DNA of 34,142 nucleotides, from positions 7,438,754-7,472,895 of the forward strand of contig JARFOE010000016.1 of assembly GCA_031763465.1 (NCBI GenBank). The letters are read 5' to 3'. The notes below the pieces were generated by a model that searched no databases, was not told where the DNA came from, and saw only the letters and a list, made by a program, of their open reading frames with translations. Source of the DNA: Squatina squatina. Its lineage: Eukaryota. The position numbers and the translations under genes are program-made. How positions within the stretch are numbered: position 1 is the first letter of the stretch; each line of letters opens with the position of its first letter. Below are positions 1 through 11,079 of the stretch, in pieces.

Positions 1-1052
1 GTACACTATAGAATCATTGCAGTACCACATAAAGAAGGCCAGTATCACATCAATAATGGAGTACATGTGAGAGAGGAGACATTTAGAACAAAGAGGACAC
101 TTAAGGAAGAAAAAAATACTCAGGAGCTAGAAAAAGAGTTGGACACAGACAAAGAAATAGAGAAACCACAGCTAGGAATATGTCAGAGCCATAGATGAAG
201 AGAAAGAATGGAAATAAGTCAAAGACTGGGAAGGACACAAATAATTAGACAGCAGAGGCAGATACAGCAAGAGAGTCATAATTTTTCTTGGACTGTGTGC
301 AATGCCATGGAAGATAACCTATGAAATATAAAATGAACGAACAAAAGAACAGAACCTACTATTCATTTTTCTTAGAAAAATAATTGGATTTGTCTGTGTC
401 ATTCCTATTGACAAATACATAGTTGGGAGAGCTCTGAAGATAACACAATGAAACTAGCTGTGCTGTTGATGTATAATTTCTTACATTGTCCTTACATCTA
501 GGAATGCCTGCGCTTCCGATAAGTATATAGTAAGCATCACTGTGAATAACTAATGTCTTATTTTATTACAATGGATGATTACTTTAAGCTGATGGCTTTA
601 AGGAGCAGAATTAAATTAGAAAATGTTGTGAGTATTCAACTATTTATTGTTTTTTTAAAAGCAAGATAGGAGCAAGTCTTGCAAGAAAAGATGATATTCC
701 TTTAACCATGATATTCACATTGCACTAATAAATCCATAATGTGGACCACATTTTCATCTAGTTTATACATGCATAAATTAAAATAGANNNNNNNNNNNNN
801 NNNNNNNNNNNNNNNNNNNNNNNNNNNNNNNNNNNNNNNNNNNNNNNNNNNNNNNNNNNNNNNNNNNNNNNNNNNNNNNNNNNNNNNGTGGTTCCAATGA
901 TTCATTTTGTAAATTGTGCTGATGATTATTTAATCTTTATTAGTCAAACGAAATATTATTCATTTGATCTTTATCAGCAGTGATACTTAAGCCAACATAT
1001 TGAAATAGTAAAAATTATAAATTCTTTCCCACATATTTTGTCACTCCTAGAA

Positions 1053-1108
1053 GGGCGATTTTAACACTACCCAGCGGAAATCAGGAAGGTGGTCAGTTAA
1101 AATCACCC
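1053..1108. repeat. Short inverted repeat, probable terminus of a non-autonomous DNA transposon
   Basis: gggcgattttaac (1053-1065) and gttaaaatcaccc (1096-1108) are complementary at 12/13 positions. A similar motif, gttaaaatcagggc, ends the element at ~31991. Confidence 0.55.
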
Positions 1109-1189
1109 AAATAACTTACCCGTCCTGGAAACACTGGAGCTCATAGCTCCTAATTTTAACCTGTCCAACTGAGCAGGCAGCAAGGTGTT

Positions 1190-1420
1190 ATTCCTGGTGT
1201 CCTGGCCAATATTTATCCTTCAACCAACACCACTGAAACAGATTATCTGGTCATTATCACATTGCTGATGGTGGGATCTTGTTGTGCGCAAATTGGCTGC
1301 CGCATTTGCTATATTACAACAGTGACTACACTTCAAAAAAAGTACTTGATTGGCTGTAAAGTGCTTTGGGATGTCCTGCGGTCATGAAATGCGCTATATA
1401 AATGCAAGCTTCTTTCTTTG
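1190..1420 (+). mobile_element. DeuSINE (SacSINE1/AmnSINE1-like) 3' half
   Basis: Deu-domain-like ctggtgtcctggccaatatttatcc and tail tgtaaagtgctttgggatgtcc...gcgctatataaatgcaag(cttt)n. Aligns by eye with the reverse-strand copy at 31233-31450. Confidence 0.8.
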
Positions 1421-1917
1421 TATGCGTCAGATGTTTCTCATTCAATGGTCATTCTAATTTGCATTGAATGACAAGTAGGTTTCAGATACCCTTAGAGTGG
1501 ACATGATTGTAGTAGTCAAACAACATTACCAAATGCGTCCCAAATTCACCCTTGCAAATTAGCAGAGCTTAATCTTTATTTTATATATGCTTTCCTTCAT
1601 CCCAGTGCTTAATGTGCCTAATAACTACCAAGGTAGCGCCAAGTCAATATGTGTTTCCTGCAGTGCCCCAGTTCACTGAGAGTTAGTCCAAGACTTAATT
1701 CTCTAAGTGAAATTCAAACCTGTGTTGGAAGTGAAAGGTAGTGACCGAGACTAATATCTTCACCAGCTGTACAAACCTCCTAGCGCAGTGCATTAGATGT
1801 AATCAAGTGTTTCTCATNNNNNNNNNNNNNNNNNNNNNNNNNNNNNNNNNNNNNNNNNNNNNNNNNNNNNNNNNNNNNNNNNNNNNNNNNNNNNNNNNNN
1901 NNNNNNNNNNNNNNNNN

Positions 1918-2045
1918 AGGAACGGGAGTGAAATCTTAGTCAAAGAGGTGAGTTTTAAAGAGGGTCTTAAAGAGATAGAGGGAGGCAGAGAGTAACAGGG
2001 GCTTTGGGAGGGAATTCCAGAGTGCGGGGCCATAGACCTGAACAC
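1918..2045 (-). mobile_element. L2-clade LINE ORF2 C-terminal fragment
   Basis: Minus strand reads LWNSLPKPLLLSASLYLFKTLLKTHLF, the typical L2 ORF2 end motif. Confidence 0.75.
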
Positions 2046-2599
2046 CTGCAATGACATGTTAGTGCTCCAAAGCACAGTGCTACTGCACATAATGGTTGCT
2101 ACTTCAGTGCTGTACTGTAAGGGGAAAAGTCCTCAGAGGTGATCTCTCAATGCTCGTGCACTACACTCCAAAGTTTGCCAACTATCCTGCCTTGGCTTGC
2201 TGGTGAAACATGAATCAAAGGGTGAGATAGTGGAAATGGCTCATTGGAAATTGTTTTTGATGTAAATCCATTCCCTTGCAGGATTTCACATTGCTGTAGA
2301 AAGAGATGAGGCCCTCAGGTAATCGCTGAATAGTAATGCAATGGACATGATGCTGTTGGCTAGTAGTTGTAGCTGTGTATCTGCACGTTAGTGGCCCAGG
2401 ACCGTGGTCGCTCAGTGGTGGGCATTTCAGGTTGCAGTATCATTTAGTAACAATTTGGATGACTGAGCAGCTCTATTTGAGGGCTGGAAAAAATTGTTTT
2501 TTTTTTAACAGCCAGGCTAGTTAACCATGCCTGAATGGCCTCTTTTTACACTGTGGTTGTAAAATAGACAAAAACATGAACTGTGGTTGCAAAAGATAT

Positions 2600-2930
2600 C
2601 ACAGCTCTTGACAGGCAACCCAAAGAATGGCCAGAGAACTACACCGGATGCATGAGGGCTGGCTCGCCATGACAATAAATATTGCTGCAATGAGAAAGAA
2701 TAGGCCAACTGGAGAGCAACAATTGCTGATGGATGTTGCTGGCCATATTTTCTTCCAGTGTAACCAGGCAGAAGAGGTGGCACATACTGCAGGCGTAGGA
2801 TTTGCAATTCACAATGACATTACTGTGAAGTTAGATACTTTGCTAAAAGACATCAGTGAATGCCTGAGGTCTATGAGATTACCATTGAAACAGTAGCACT
2901 ATGCCATTATTATTAGTGCCATGCACAGAG
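2600..2930 (+). mobile_element. Old RTE LINE endonuclease fragment
   Basis: Translation ARELHR...AGHIFF...AGVGFAIHNDI...DISECLRSMRLPLK resembles the RTE APE domain and the younger copies at 10.2 and 11.3 kb. Confidence 0.7.
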
Positions 2931-3894
2931 CAGAAAGCTGGACCAATTCCCAAATGATATGTTCCAAGATACTGCTGGCAATCCAATCATATCATGCAAG
3001 AGTTGCCTTGAACCCTATTCGGAGCTAAGACGTGAAGCACGGAATGACCCAAATTTCAAGTAGGAGCTGTACAGTACTATCACTGCAGAGCTTTTCCCAA
3101 GTGTAGCACATTCGGCCGATGCCGAGAGCAAGTGGACGCACTGCATATGAATGTACAAGGGTGCTGTTGACACAAATCGGCCTATTCACTGATCCCAATT
3201 CAGCTGCAACGAAAGCACACCACAAAATGTTCTCTCTTTGATCCATGCTAAATTGTAACAAATCAAAAATCTGTCCTGCTTCATATTATAAAAGTTCTTT
3301 TAATATGATTTTTATCACAATGACCACTCAGCAGGTTTTTATTTTCTCATTTTAGTCCTACAATTGATATCATTGGTATCTCACTGCAGGTTTCAACCCT
3401 CGAAAAGCAATCTGTGCGTCACAAATTTGCTATTGAATTTTGAGCTTTACTCCAAATAGAGACACATATGCTAGAATGGGTGATTTATATGAAATGCATG
3501 AATTTTCTTTCTTGAGAAAAAATGCGTTAGAACTGTGACAGACTAGTGTAACTGAAGGATTTAGGGTTATTACAACCAATGAAAAAAAACAATTTATTAG
3601 CTTCATCCATCATATATTAGTGGCTTGTCAGTAATGGCACAATATTCAAGAGGGTCTAAAGCTTATAATCTGTCAGTTTAGAAGGCCTATTAAGCACTAT
3701 CGAGTGAAGAGGTTCATTATTATTTAAAGTTTGTCATCTGAAGTAAAAATGTTAATTACACAAAATAATATAAAGAAATTTTTAAAAAATGGAAAGTGAG
3801 TTGCCAAGCTTAGGGTTTTACCCAAGTAGGGCTGTCGTTCCTTCTGTTTGATAATTTTGGTGAACAAAGGAGTCACGATAAAAAGAGATAGATT

Positions 3895-4074
3895 GGACTC
3901 AATTGTAACCTAACTCACCCACTGGGAAACTGATAGGATCAAATGCAATGCTGGCTTTACACCGACTTGATATTACTCTCTATTGAAGTCAATGGACGAT
4001 AATATCGGGCAGGGTATAAAACTGGCCTTCCACCTTGGGTTTCCCGCCTGGCCGGTTAGGTTGCAATTACCCCC
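3895..4074. mobile_element. 180-bp fold-back MITE
   Basis: Termini ggactcaattgtaacctaac / gttaggttgcaattaccccc match at 15/20. Inner arms gatatta / taatatc surround the centre ctattgaagtcaatgg. Confidence 0.75.
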
Positions 4075-5261
4075 ATAATGTCAGTAGAAACCCTAAATAG
4101 ACCACAAAATGCAAATTGACTATTTTTTCTTGCTGAATGCTGACCTTAGAATGTTGTAACCCCTCCAAAAATGGGCCATTGAACTTTACTAAAATGTGAG
4201 AACATTAGCAGATTTTTTTGTTACAACCGTTAAAGAGCAATTCGTGCAGCATTCCTCAGTTGCATAGTCAAATCAAAACGTTAATATTTCACTTGGGCTT
4301 AGATTAGGCAGTAGTGAGTTTAATGAACGGGACACTTCTAAAGTATCAGTGCAGCATTGACTGAAGTGAATAATGCACAGCAATTTACTTAACTCCTCCC
4401 TGATTGGTTATTCTTACCCAAGCTCCATTAGTTGCCAAGATAAAAATTAGACTATTTATTATCAGATTCGGTTTCCCACAGTAGAAACTCAAGATAGAAT
4501 AGAATTAACTTTTATAAAGCAGGCAGCATCCTCAGTGTTGCAAATATATTCCATATCTTTAGCAAAAATAAAATTACTATTGAAAATATTTAAGTTCATA
4601 ANNNNNNNNNNNNNNNNNNNNNNNNNNNNNNNNNNNNNNNNNNNNNNNNNNNNNNNNNNNNNNNNNNNNNNNNNNNNNNNNNNNNNNNNNNNNNNNNNNN
4701 NTGATATTGATTTAGACGTGAACGATTTTTAAGACATCAAGATGCAATCTTCAATGGCTTTGTAAGCTTCTGTACACACCTAAAAATCATCACTTTATCA
4801 TTTATAACTATTACTCGGATGTCAAACACCTGCTAAAGCAACTAATGTGCGCATAATATATGAAGGCATGCCTTCATTTTACCCACTTCAGTACCTTCCT
4901 CCTACTGAAAATAGCTCTGATTCACAATTTGCATTGACAATAAGAGAACAAGATATCTGTTCACTGAAAGCATACAGTTAATGTGAGGCTGCTATCAATC
5001 CTAATAATCAAGTTCTGGATGCATCTCAGGGGATTTTGATTATAAATTGAGGCAGACTGTTCTGACCTTGTTGACTGCTTGTTAAGTTGTATTTGGAGTA
5101 ATTTTACAAATTTGTGCTTTTAATGGGAACACTGCCTGCCAAGAGCACCAGGAAATTTGGGCTTGGAGATCAGTAGGCCACACTTCAGATCCATTCTTGT
5201 GGGGCTTGCTTACCTCTGGGCCTGAATTCCTGAATGTGCTTCCAGCAGGTGAGGATCAGCA

Positions 5262-5420
5262 CTCTATAGTGTACAGTTTTGGGTATAGTCTCTTCAAAAA
5301 TTATGTTGATGATTTGAAGATAATTCAAAGAAAGGTCAAAAGGATGATTCTAGAAGACTGCAAAATTTAATTTATCAGGTGACACTTACTGATTAAGAGG
5401 GGACATGACCATCATTTTTG
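5262..5420 (+). mobile_element. Highly decayed CR1 LINE ORF2 C-terminal fragment
   Basis: Residual motifs VQFW, IQRKVKRMI and LRGDM. Confidence 0.55.
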
Positions 5421-5626
5421 ATGGTAAAGAACAAAATATACTATGGACGCCCAATTGGTCTTCCAGCGCAAGCGCAAAATGAGCACTAAACTGGCGCTAG
5501 GGTCTAACGCCTGTTTTGGGCACTAAGGGGCTCTGATGCTAAATTGGTATCGGACCAGTGCAGGCGCTAAATGGGTGCTGTTCCAGCAGCGCTACAAACT
5601 TGGTGTCGGGCATTGGATGGCGTCCA

Positions 5627-5770
5627 TGACGTCATCATCAGGCGTAGCGCCCAAAATGGCCACTTGACAAGGAATTTGCTTCTGTTCAAAATCTTCAAAA
5701 CAAGCAGTGACACTGCCCAGTTTTTTGGGCAGTGACAAACTCCTTCCATTGATTTTTGGCGCTATTTAAA
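5627..5770 (+). promoter_or_regulatory. Putative internal Harbinger promoter: CRE (TGACGTCA 5627-5634), YY1-like CAAAATGGC, TATA-like TATTTAAA (5763-5770)
   Basis: The motifs are present and lie in the same order in the diverged copy at 29552-29696 (minus strand). Function is inferred only. Confidence 0.4.
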
Positions 5771-5927
5771 GGGCCAGGTGGGTTCAACATCTTGATTGCA
5801 TAAATCGCATTGTTGCCGCTTCAATCGCACTGGAGGTATTGTCTGCGAGTTGGGAGCTGCATTTCCCACACTAAACTTTGCCTTTGGCTGAGTATTTAAG
5901 TGCTCACCGGATCGGAACAAATCGGCC

Positions 5928-6330
5928 ATGGGTGCTGCTCTAGCGGTGGACTGGGAACTCCACCGACATCACATGAGGTACCTCAGGAACAGGCGTCAGC
6001 TCCTTTTGGAACAAAGATAAGGCACCCGCTCCTCATCATGACCATGCCCAACAACCCGTTGACTTGCCAGAGCCAGCTCAACCAATGGTGGCACAGGCCA
6101 GACCACTACAGCATCCTCCAAGAGGTCGGAGAGGAAGGGGACATCGAAGAAGGTATGCTCACCGATTCTTCAGACATCAGTTCAGCTACCTGCAGATGAC
6201 GGATGAGCAATGCCTTCGAAGACTCCGGTTCAGAAAGGAGGTCATCAGTGAAATATGCCAAGTCCTGCAGGCTGACCTGCAGCCTCAGACCAGGGCTTCC
6301 ACAGCTCTGTCTGTGGCAGTCAAAGTAACA
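5928..6330 (+). pseudogene. Harbinger (HARBI1-like) transposase pseudogene, N-terminal part
   Basis: GCCATGG start giving MGAALAVDWE...EQR* (early stop), then in another frame PPRGRRGRGHRRRYAHRFFRHQFSYLQMTDEQCLRRLRFRKEVISEICQVLQADLQPQTRASTALSVAVKVT. Confidence 0.85.
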
Positions 6331-8012
6331 NNNNNNNNNNNNNNNNNNNNNNNNNNNNNNNNNNNNNNNNNNNNNNNNNNNNNNNNNNNNNNNNNNNNNN
6401 NNNNNNNNNNNNNNNNNNNNNNNNNNNNNNCAAACTGAAACATTGTACAAGGGCTCAGAAAGATTAATGCTGCCCCTGCAGCTATCTCAACAAATACACG
6501 AGGATCTCCCTCAGGTAATACCAAATTAGACCTTAACTCATTTTACTCTAGGGACTCGGTGAGATAATTAGGCCACTGCTGTATCTGATCTAGGTCAGTG
6601 GCCTTTTTTGTCCATAAGAGACATAGAACGGATAAAACTCATTTAGCCCAAATGCCCCTTCCCCGACAAGCATTTAGAATTAGAAGTCTATAAATATGCA
6701 AATGACATTCTACAAGTGTTATGCCAACAACATATTGTCCAAACAACCTAACTCCTTAACAATTATCACAACATAACATTATGGCTACAAATTAGCCACT
6801 GAATTTAGATAAAAATCAAATATGCTGATGATAACCACACCAACTTTGAAACATCATCCTGATAATTGTGTTGTTTTTTTGGTTCTGTGCACTTTGTGAA
6901 AGCTGCACTCTATTATACTCTAGTTCGTTCTGATTTCCTGACATTGTGTGTCCTGGTTGTCATAAACACTCTTTTTGAAAGGCTCAAGTTCTTCAGAATA
7001 AAGTGACCACGATGGAACTGCTAAAAGGCCAATATAATTCAAGTACAAATCTTTAAAAGTTTAATTTGGACCCCTCCAGAACACATACTAAATTCACCTT
7101 TTATACTTAAATCTATAACATTTCTTGTCTCTGACCATATCGTGAGAAGATTCATTGACTCATGATGCAGTATAATTTGCAGTTAAAAAAATATGCCAGC
7201 ATAAGGCCCTACAATAGTTATTGCCAAAATATTTTAAATTATCTGATATCCTGAGCGACTGAAATGGATCAGAATATATACTGCTGAATCAAAATGCCCT
7301 AAAACACTTTTTTGAACTAAATTTCTGCAGGTTGAATCTCCAGCTCGGGAAAGTGACCAAAGATTAATTTTAAGAAAATAAAATGATTTCAAAGCCTACA
7401 TGACTTCTCAATGTCAAATGAGGTTCAACGTCACTGTCACAACAGAAGGCTAAGTGGGTGGGGAAGTCGTTGTCCTGGGAACATTTGGAGAAGGTGCTGG
7501 AATGTCTCATCTCAGGAACTCAGCCTCCATGTGCACAAAAGATCTGCCGGAAAGGAAGGTTGTACTGCGGGGGTTAAATCACGGATTAGGTGATTTTTAA
7601 TTAATTGTTTATTCTCGTGTGAAAAACTTGAAATAACAAATAAATAAGGAGATTTTAACGCCAATATAGAGTTTTCTCCCAGAATATTTATTTTGATGTA
7701 GCTCCTTTTTTTTATTTGTACTATGTTGCTTTCTTTCAAAACATTTGGCCAAACTCATCAGAAGTGTCACTTTAACTTTTACTGAAAGAAGTTTCGATAT
7801 ACTCAGTTCATGGCAGCATGCCTTTTGTCAGAGTACCCATTCAATGTTGGCCTTGGGTTTTATTGGAACACTGTATTCCCTTTAAAATCAACAACTAAAG
7901 CTCTTTCACTGAAAACAGTTGAAAACAGTCATCATCAAGATTACCCTGTCAGTACCCAATGGTTATATTTTATTGGTTGTTATAAACAATGATATACGCA
8001 GTTAGAATCATA

Positions 8013-8264
8013 GGGGGAGAAATTTGGCTGCTTTGCGCCTCCCATTAGCGCCTGTGGGGTGCTGTAACGGGGCGCTAATGGGTTACCGACTGGTTGCGGC
8101 GAATTCACCGATGCCTGCGAACTTCCCTGGCAGTTTTGCGCTCGGGCAAACACTTACCGCCTCACTCTCTTGTGCCCGTAGATCATGACATCATCAGGTG
8201 CGCAGTGCCCCATTTCCGCCCCGGATGTGATAGTTGGTCCTGCCCCCTGCTACATCTGGGCATC
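8013..8264 (+). mobile_element. Harbinger-type element 5' end, runs into a gap
   Basis: Starts gggggagaaatt and is CpG-rich. Its tgacatcatcaggtgcgcagtgccc resembles tgacgtcatcatcaggcgtagcgccc of the 5445 element. Confidence 0.65.
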
Positions 8265-8364
8265 NNNNNNNNNNNNNNNNNNNNNNNNNNNNNNNNNNNN
8301 NNNNNNNNNNNNNNNNNNNNNNNNNNNNNNNNNNNNNNNNNNNNNNNNNNNNNNNNNNNNNNNN

Positions 8365-8377
8365 TCTTGTGTTGATG
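8365..8377 (+). CDS. TAFA1: 3' end of the upstream TAFA1-like coding exon (S-C-V-D + G); the rest is presumably in the gap
   Basis: TCT TGT GTT GAT G|GCAAGT. TAFA proteins read ...PSCVDASIV..., and the leftover G plus CT from the 16062 exon makes Ala. Only 13 nt are visible. Confidence 0.65.
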
Positions 8378-8856
8378 GCAAGTAAATTAGATCAATAATA
8401 ATTCAATTTAAAAATCACAGACACAGATGTGTTAAATATAATGGTAGTCAGATTTCAGGCAATGTAATCTGTTCAGTGCCCTTTTTGATTAAATTGCAAA
8501 CTTATGCTTAAATGCATTAGCAACATAGATGAGTTTTCAGTTTTTGCAATTAATCAGATAAATACTGGCCTCTGAAGGAGCAAACAACAAAACCTAATAA
8601 AATAGTCATTTATATTTTCTATGTATTACAGCTAAAGCACAGTAACTTACTTTACTCCAAATTGTCTGCTGTTATCTTGTCTCCAGATAAGATGGAAGTC
8701 ACTTTGAATCACTCTGTAGCCACAGTAGCCAAAGTTTGAGCATCATTTCAATTTACAGGGCAATGAGTGTTTATTACAGAGATGCAAAACTGGTCCAATA
8801 TTGTTACATTGAGTGCTAATAAGGTGTTAGTTTAGGAGATGCTTTGCTCACATATT

Positions 8857-9575
8857 GGCCCGTATCTTGCTGGAATGACGCATCTCTTGGCATGCGTCGT
8901 TAGTTAGTCTTTGTCCTGCATCCTTCAGCTCGATTATAGTTTGCACCATAACTTGGTGGAAGTGTGGGCAGATAACAGTGTGGTGCGAGCATCTGGGATC
9001 TCAGTGAATGGCGGGACCAACAGTACATCTCCTTAACCAATGAGATTTAGGAATTGAGAAAGAAACATAAGGAAATAGGGTGACTTAGAATCAAATTAGG
9101 TACAGAAAGAGAAACAAAGGGAAAGAAAGCTTGGCTTAACAGAGACAGAAAAAGAGGCAGAAAAGAAAAAAAAGGTAAAAATTTGAAATGTGAAATTTTT
9201 CAAATCTTGAAGAATTTCCTACATGTAGAAATGAGTAAACACTAAGTTGTTCCACTTCTGGGCCAAAGGTGGATTGGCATAGCATTAACAATTATGTTGT
9301 TAAAGGTACTTACGTTGTTAAAGGTACTTACGCTGTTAATTACCAGACTTAACTTCCTGTAGCAAGTTTAATTGACCATTAATGTGCAATATAAGCAAGT
9401 TGCTAAAAATAATGGGGAGGCTAACGACAAGATGCCACTTGTGCGAAGTAAATGGCAGAGCAGCATAAATTGACCAGCAAGTTCTGAAGAATCTCCTGAT
9501 TTTACTGCCTGAATTGCACATTAATAATGCCATGCGTCATTAACACACCAATTCTTTTCCAGCAAGATCCAGCCC
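8857..9575. mobile_element. ~720-bp non-autonomous DNA transposon with TIRs
   Basis: ggcccgtatcttgctggaa / ttccagcaagatccagccc match at 16/19. Flanks are att / atc. No coding capacity seen. Confidence 0.75.
9298..9333. repeat. 18-bp tandem duplication
   Basis: tgttaaaggtacttacgt followed by tgttaaaggtacttacgc. Confidence 0.85.
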
Positions 9576-9879
9576 ATCATTATTCCTGGTGGGCTGATGC
9601 TCCTTTATAAAACCTATACCAATATTGTTGATAATTATTCCACTGATGGTGAATTATATAATCACCATTTTCAAACATTCGATTTAAGAAGAAATACTGT
9701 TCTTCAGCAAAAAGGAGCTGAGTCATCAGTTATAACACAGAATCAAGAACAGGAGGTGTTCTGTAGACACCACTAAGTTNNNNNNNNNNNNNNNNNNNNN
9801 NNNNNNNNNNNNNNNNNNNNNNNNNNNNNNNNNNNNNNNNNNNNNNNNNNNNNNNNNNNNNNNNNNNNNNNNNNNNNNN

Positions 9880-10744
9880 GGGAACCGGAGAACGAGAGGC
9901 CCGGGGAGCGAGGGGCGTGAGGAGCCAGAGGCCGGGGGCCCGGGTGCGAGGAATCAATATATAATCTTACATAAAACAATATAAAGGTGGGGGAGCGGAG
10001 GGAGGGGGACCGAGGTTAGGGAGGGAGGGGGATAGGGGAAATATGTTTGTGTGTGTGTGTGTGTTAGTCCATGCAGCAGAACCGAGTCTCCAATCGTCTC
10101 GGACTTCCTTGCCATTGGGCCAACACCTTGCTCCGCCAAGACTGTGCAGTAGCTGGTGTGCAACGGCCACCCCACATTAAAAGAATTCACACACAGGATC
10201 TTCCACCCCTTCAAAATGACGTTTGGGCCCTGGAACGTCAGGATTCTCATGGATAATCCGGACAGCGGCAGACCCAAACGGCACATCTCATTATAGCCCA
10301 GGAACTCAGACGCTATAATATCGACTTTGCCACCCTAAGTGAGACACAGCGGGCAGGAGAAGGCCAGCTCAAGGAACAAGGTGGTAGATACACCTCCTTC
10401 TGGAAAGGCAAAAGAAGAACGCCGTCTCCATGGGGTTGGCTTCGCCATCAAAAATGAACTGGTTGGGCATCTTAGTGAGTCCCCTTGTGGGATAAACGGA
10501 CACCTCATGACCTTTTCGCTCACTCTAACCTGGAACCAGTACACCTTGGTCGTCAGTGTGTACGCCACAACCTGGAAGCTACGCCCCGAGGCCAAAGAGG
10601 AATCCGACTCCAGCCTTGAACAATCCCTGTCCCAAGTCCCAATGGGAGACAAGCTGATTCTCCTTGGTAATTTCAATGCCAGGGTCAGGAAGGACACAAA
10701 CTTCTGGAAAGATGTGATTGGTAGGGAAGGAGTAGGGAAAGCAA
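9880..10744 (+). mobile_element. RTE-clade LINE 5' end, copy 1 (GC-rich leader, (TG)n, 5' UTR, decayed endonuclease)
   Basis: Motifs WNVRILMD, ALSET, LHGVGFAIKNEL, INGHLMT, DKLILLGNFNARV, with frameshifts. Confidence 0.85.
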
Positions 10745-10844
10745 NNNNNNNNNNNNNNNNNNNNNNNNNNNNNNNNNNNNNNNNNNNNNNNNNNNNNNNN
10801 NNNNNNNNNNNNNNNNNNNNNNNNNNNNNNNNNNNNNNNNNNNN

Positions 10845-11075
10845 GGGGAGCAGGAGGCTGGGAGCCGAACAGCAGGGGATCAAGGCGAGAGAGGCCCAGG
10901 GAGCCATAGCCCGGGGGTCCGTGGAGCCAGAGGCCGGTAGCCCAGGGATCCAGCAGCCCAAGGAGCCGGAGACCGGGGGCGCAAAGAGTCAGAGGCCAGA
11001 AGACCAAGGATCCGGGAGACCGGTGATCCAGCACAAGGAGCCAGAGGCTGGGGTAGAGCCGGAGGAGGATAAGGA
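10845..11075 (+). repeat. G-rich degenerate tandem repeat (ggagccagaggccggg-like units)
   Basis: Recurring ggagccagagg / ggagccggaga units. Similar units occur at 9880-9950. Each tract precedes an RTE 5' end. Confidence 0.65.
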
Positions 11076-11079
11076 GAGT

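Larger units (their letters stand above)
5445..6330 (+). mobile_element. PIF/Harbinger DNA transposon, 5' part, truncated by a gap
   Basis: GC/CpG-rich leader followed by a HARBI1-like transposase N-terminus. Colinear with the reverse-strand copy at 28600-29878. Confidence 0.85.

Noticed and set aside
502-529. Possible 28-nt micro-exon (catctag|GAATGCC...TATA|gtaagc)
   Set aside because: Not frame-preserving, no TAFA similarity and a weak exonic donor context. Unsupported without transcripts.
10143-10200. Resemblance to the pistol ribozyme (stem ending CCAC, then TTAAA and a pseudoknot)
   Set aside because: No conserved GCG after the pseudoknot and no P2/P3 helices could be built.
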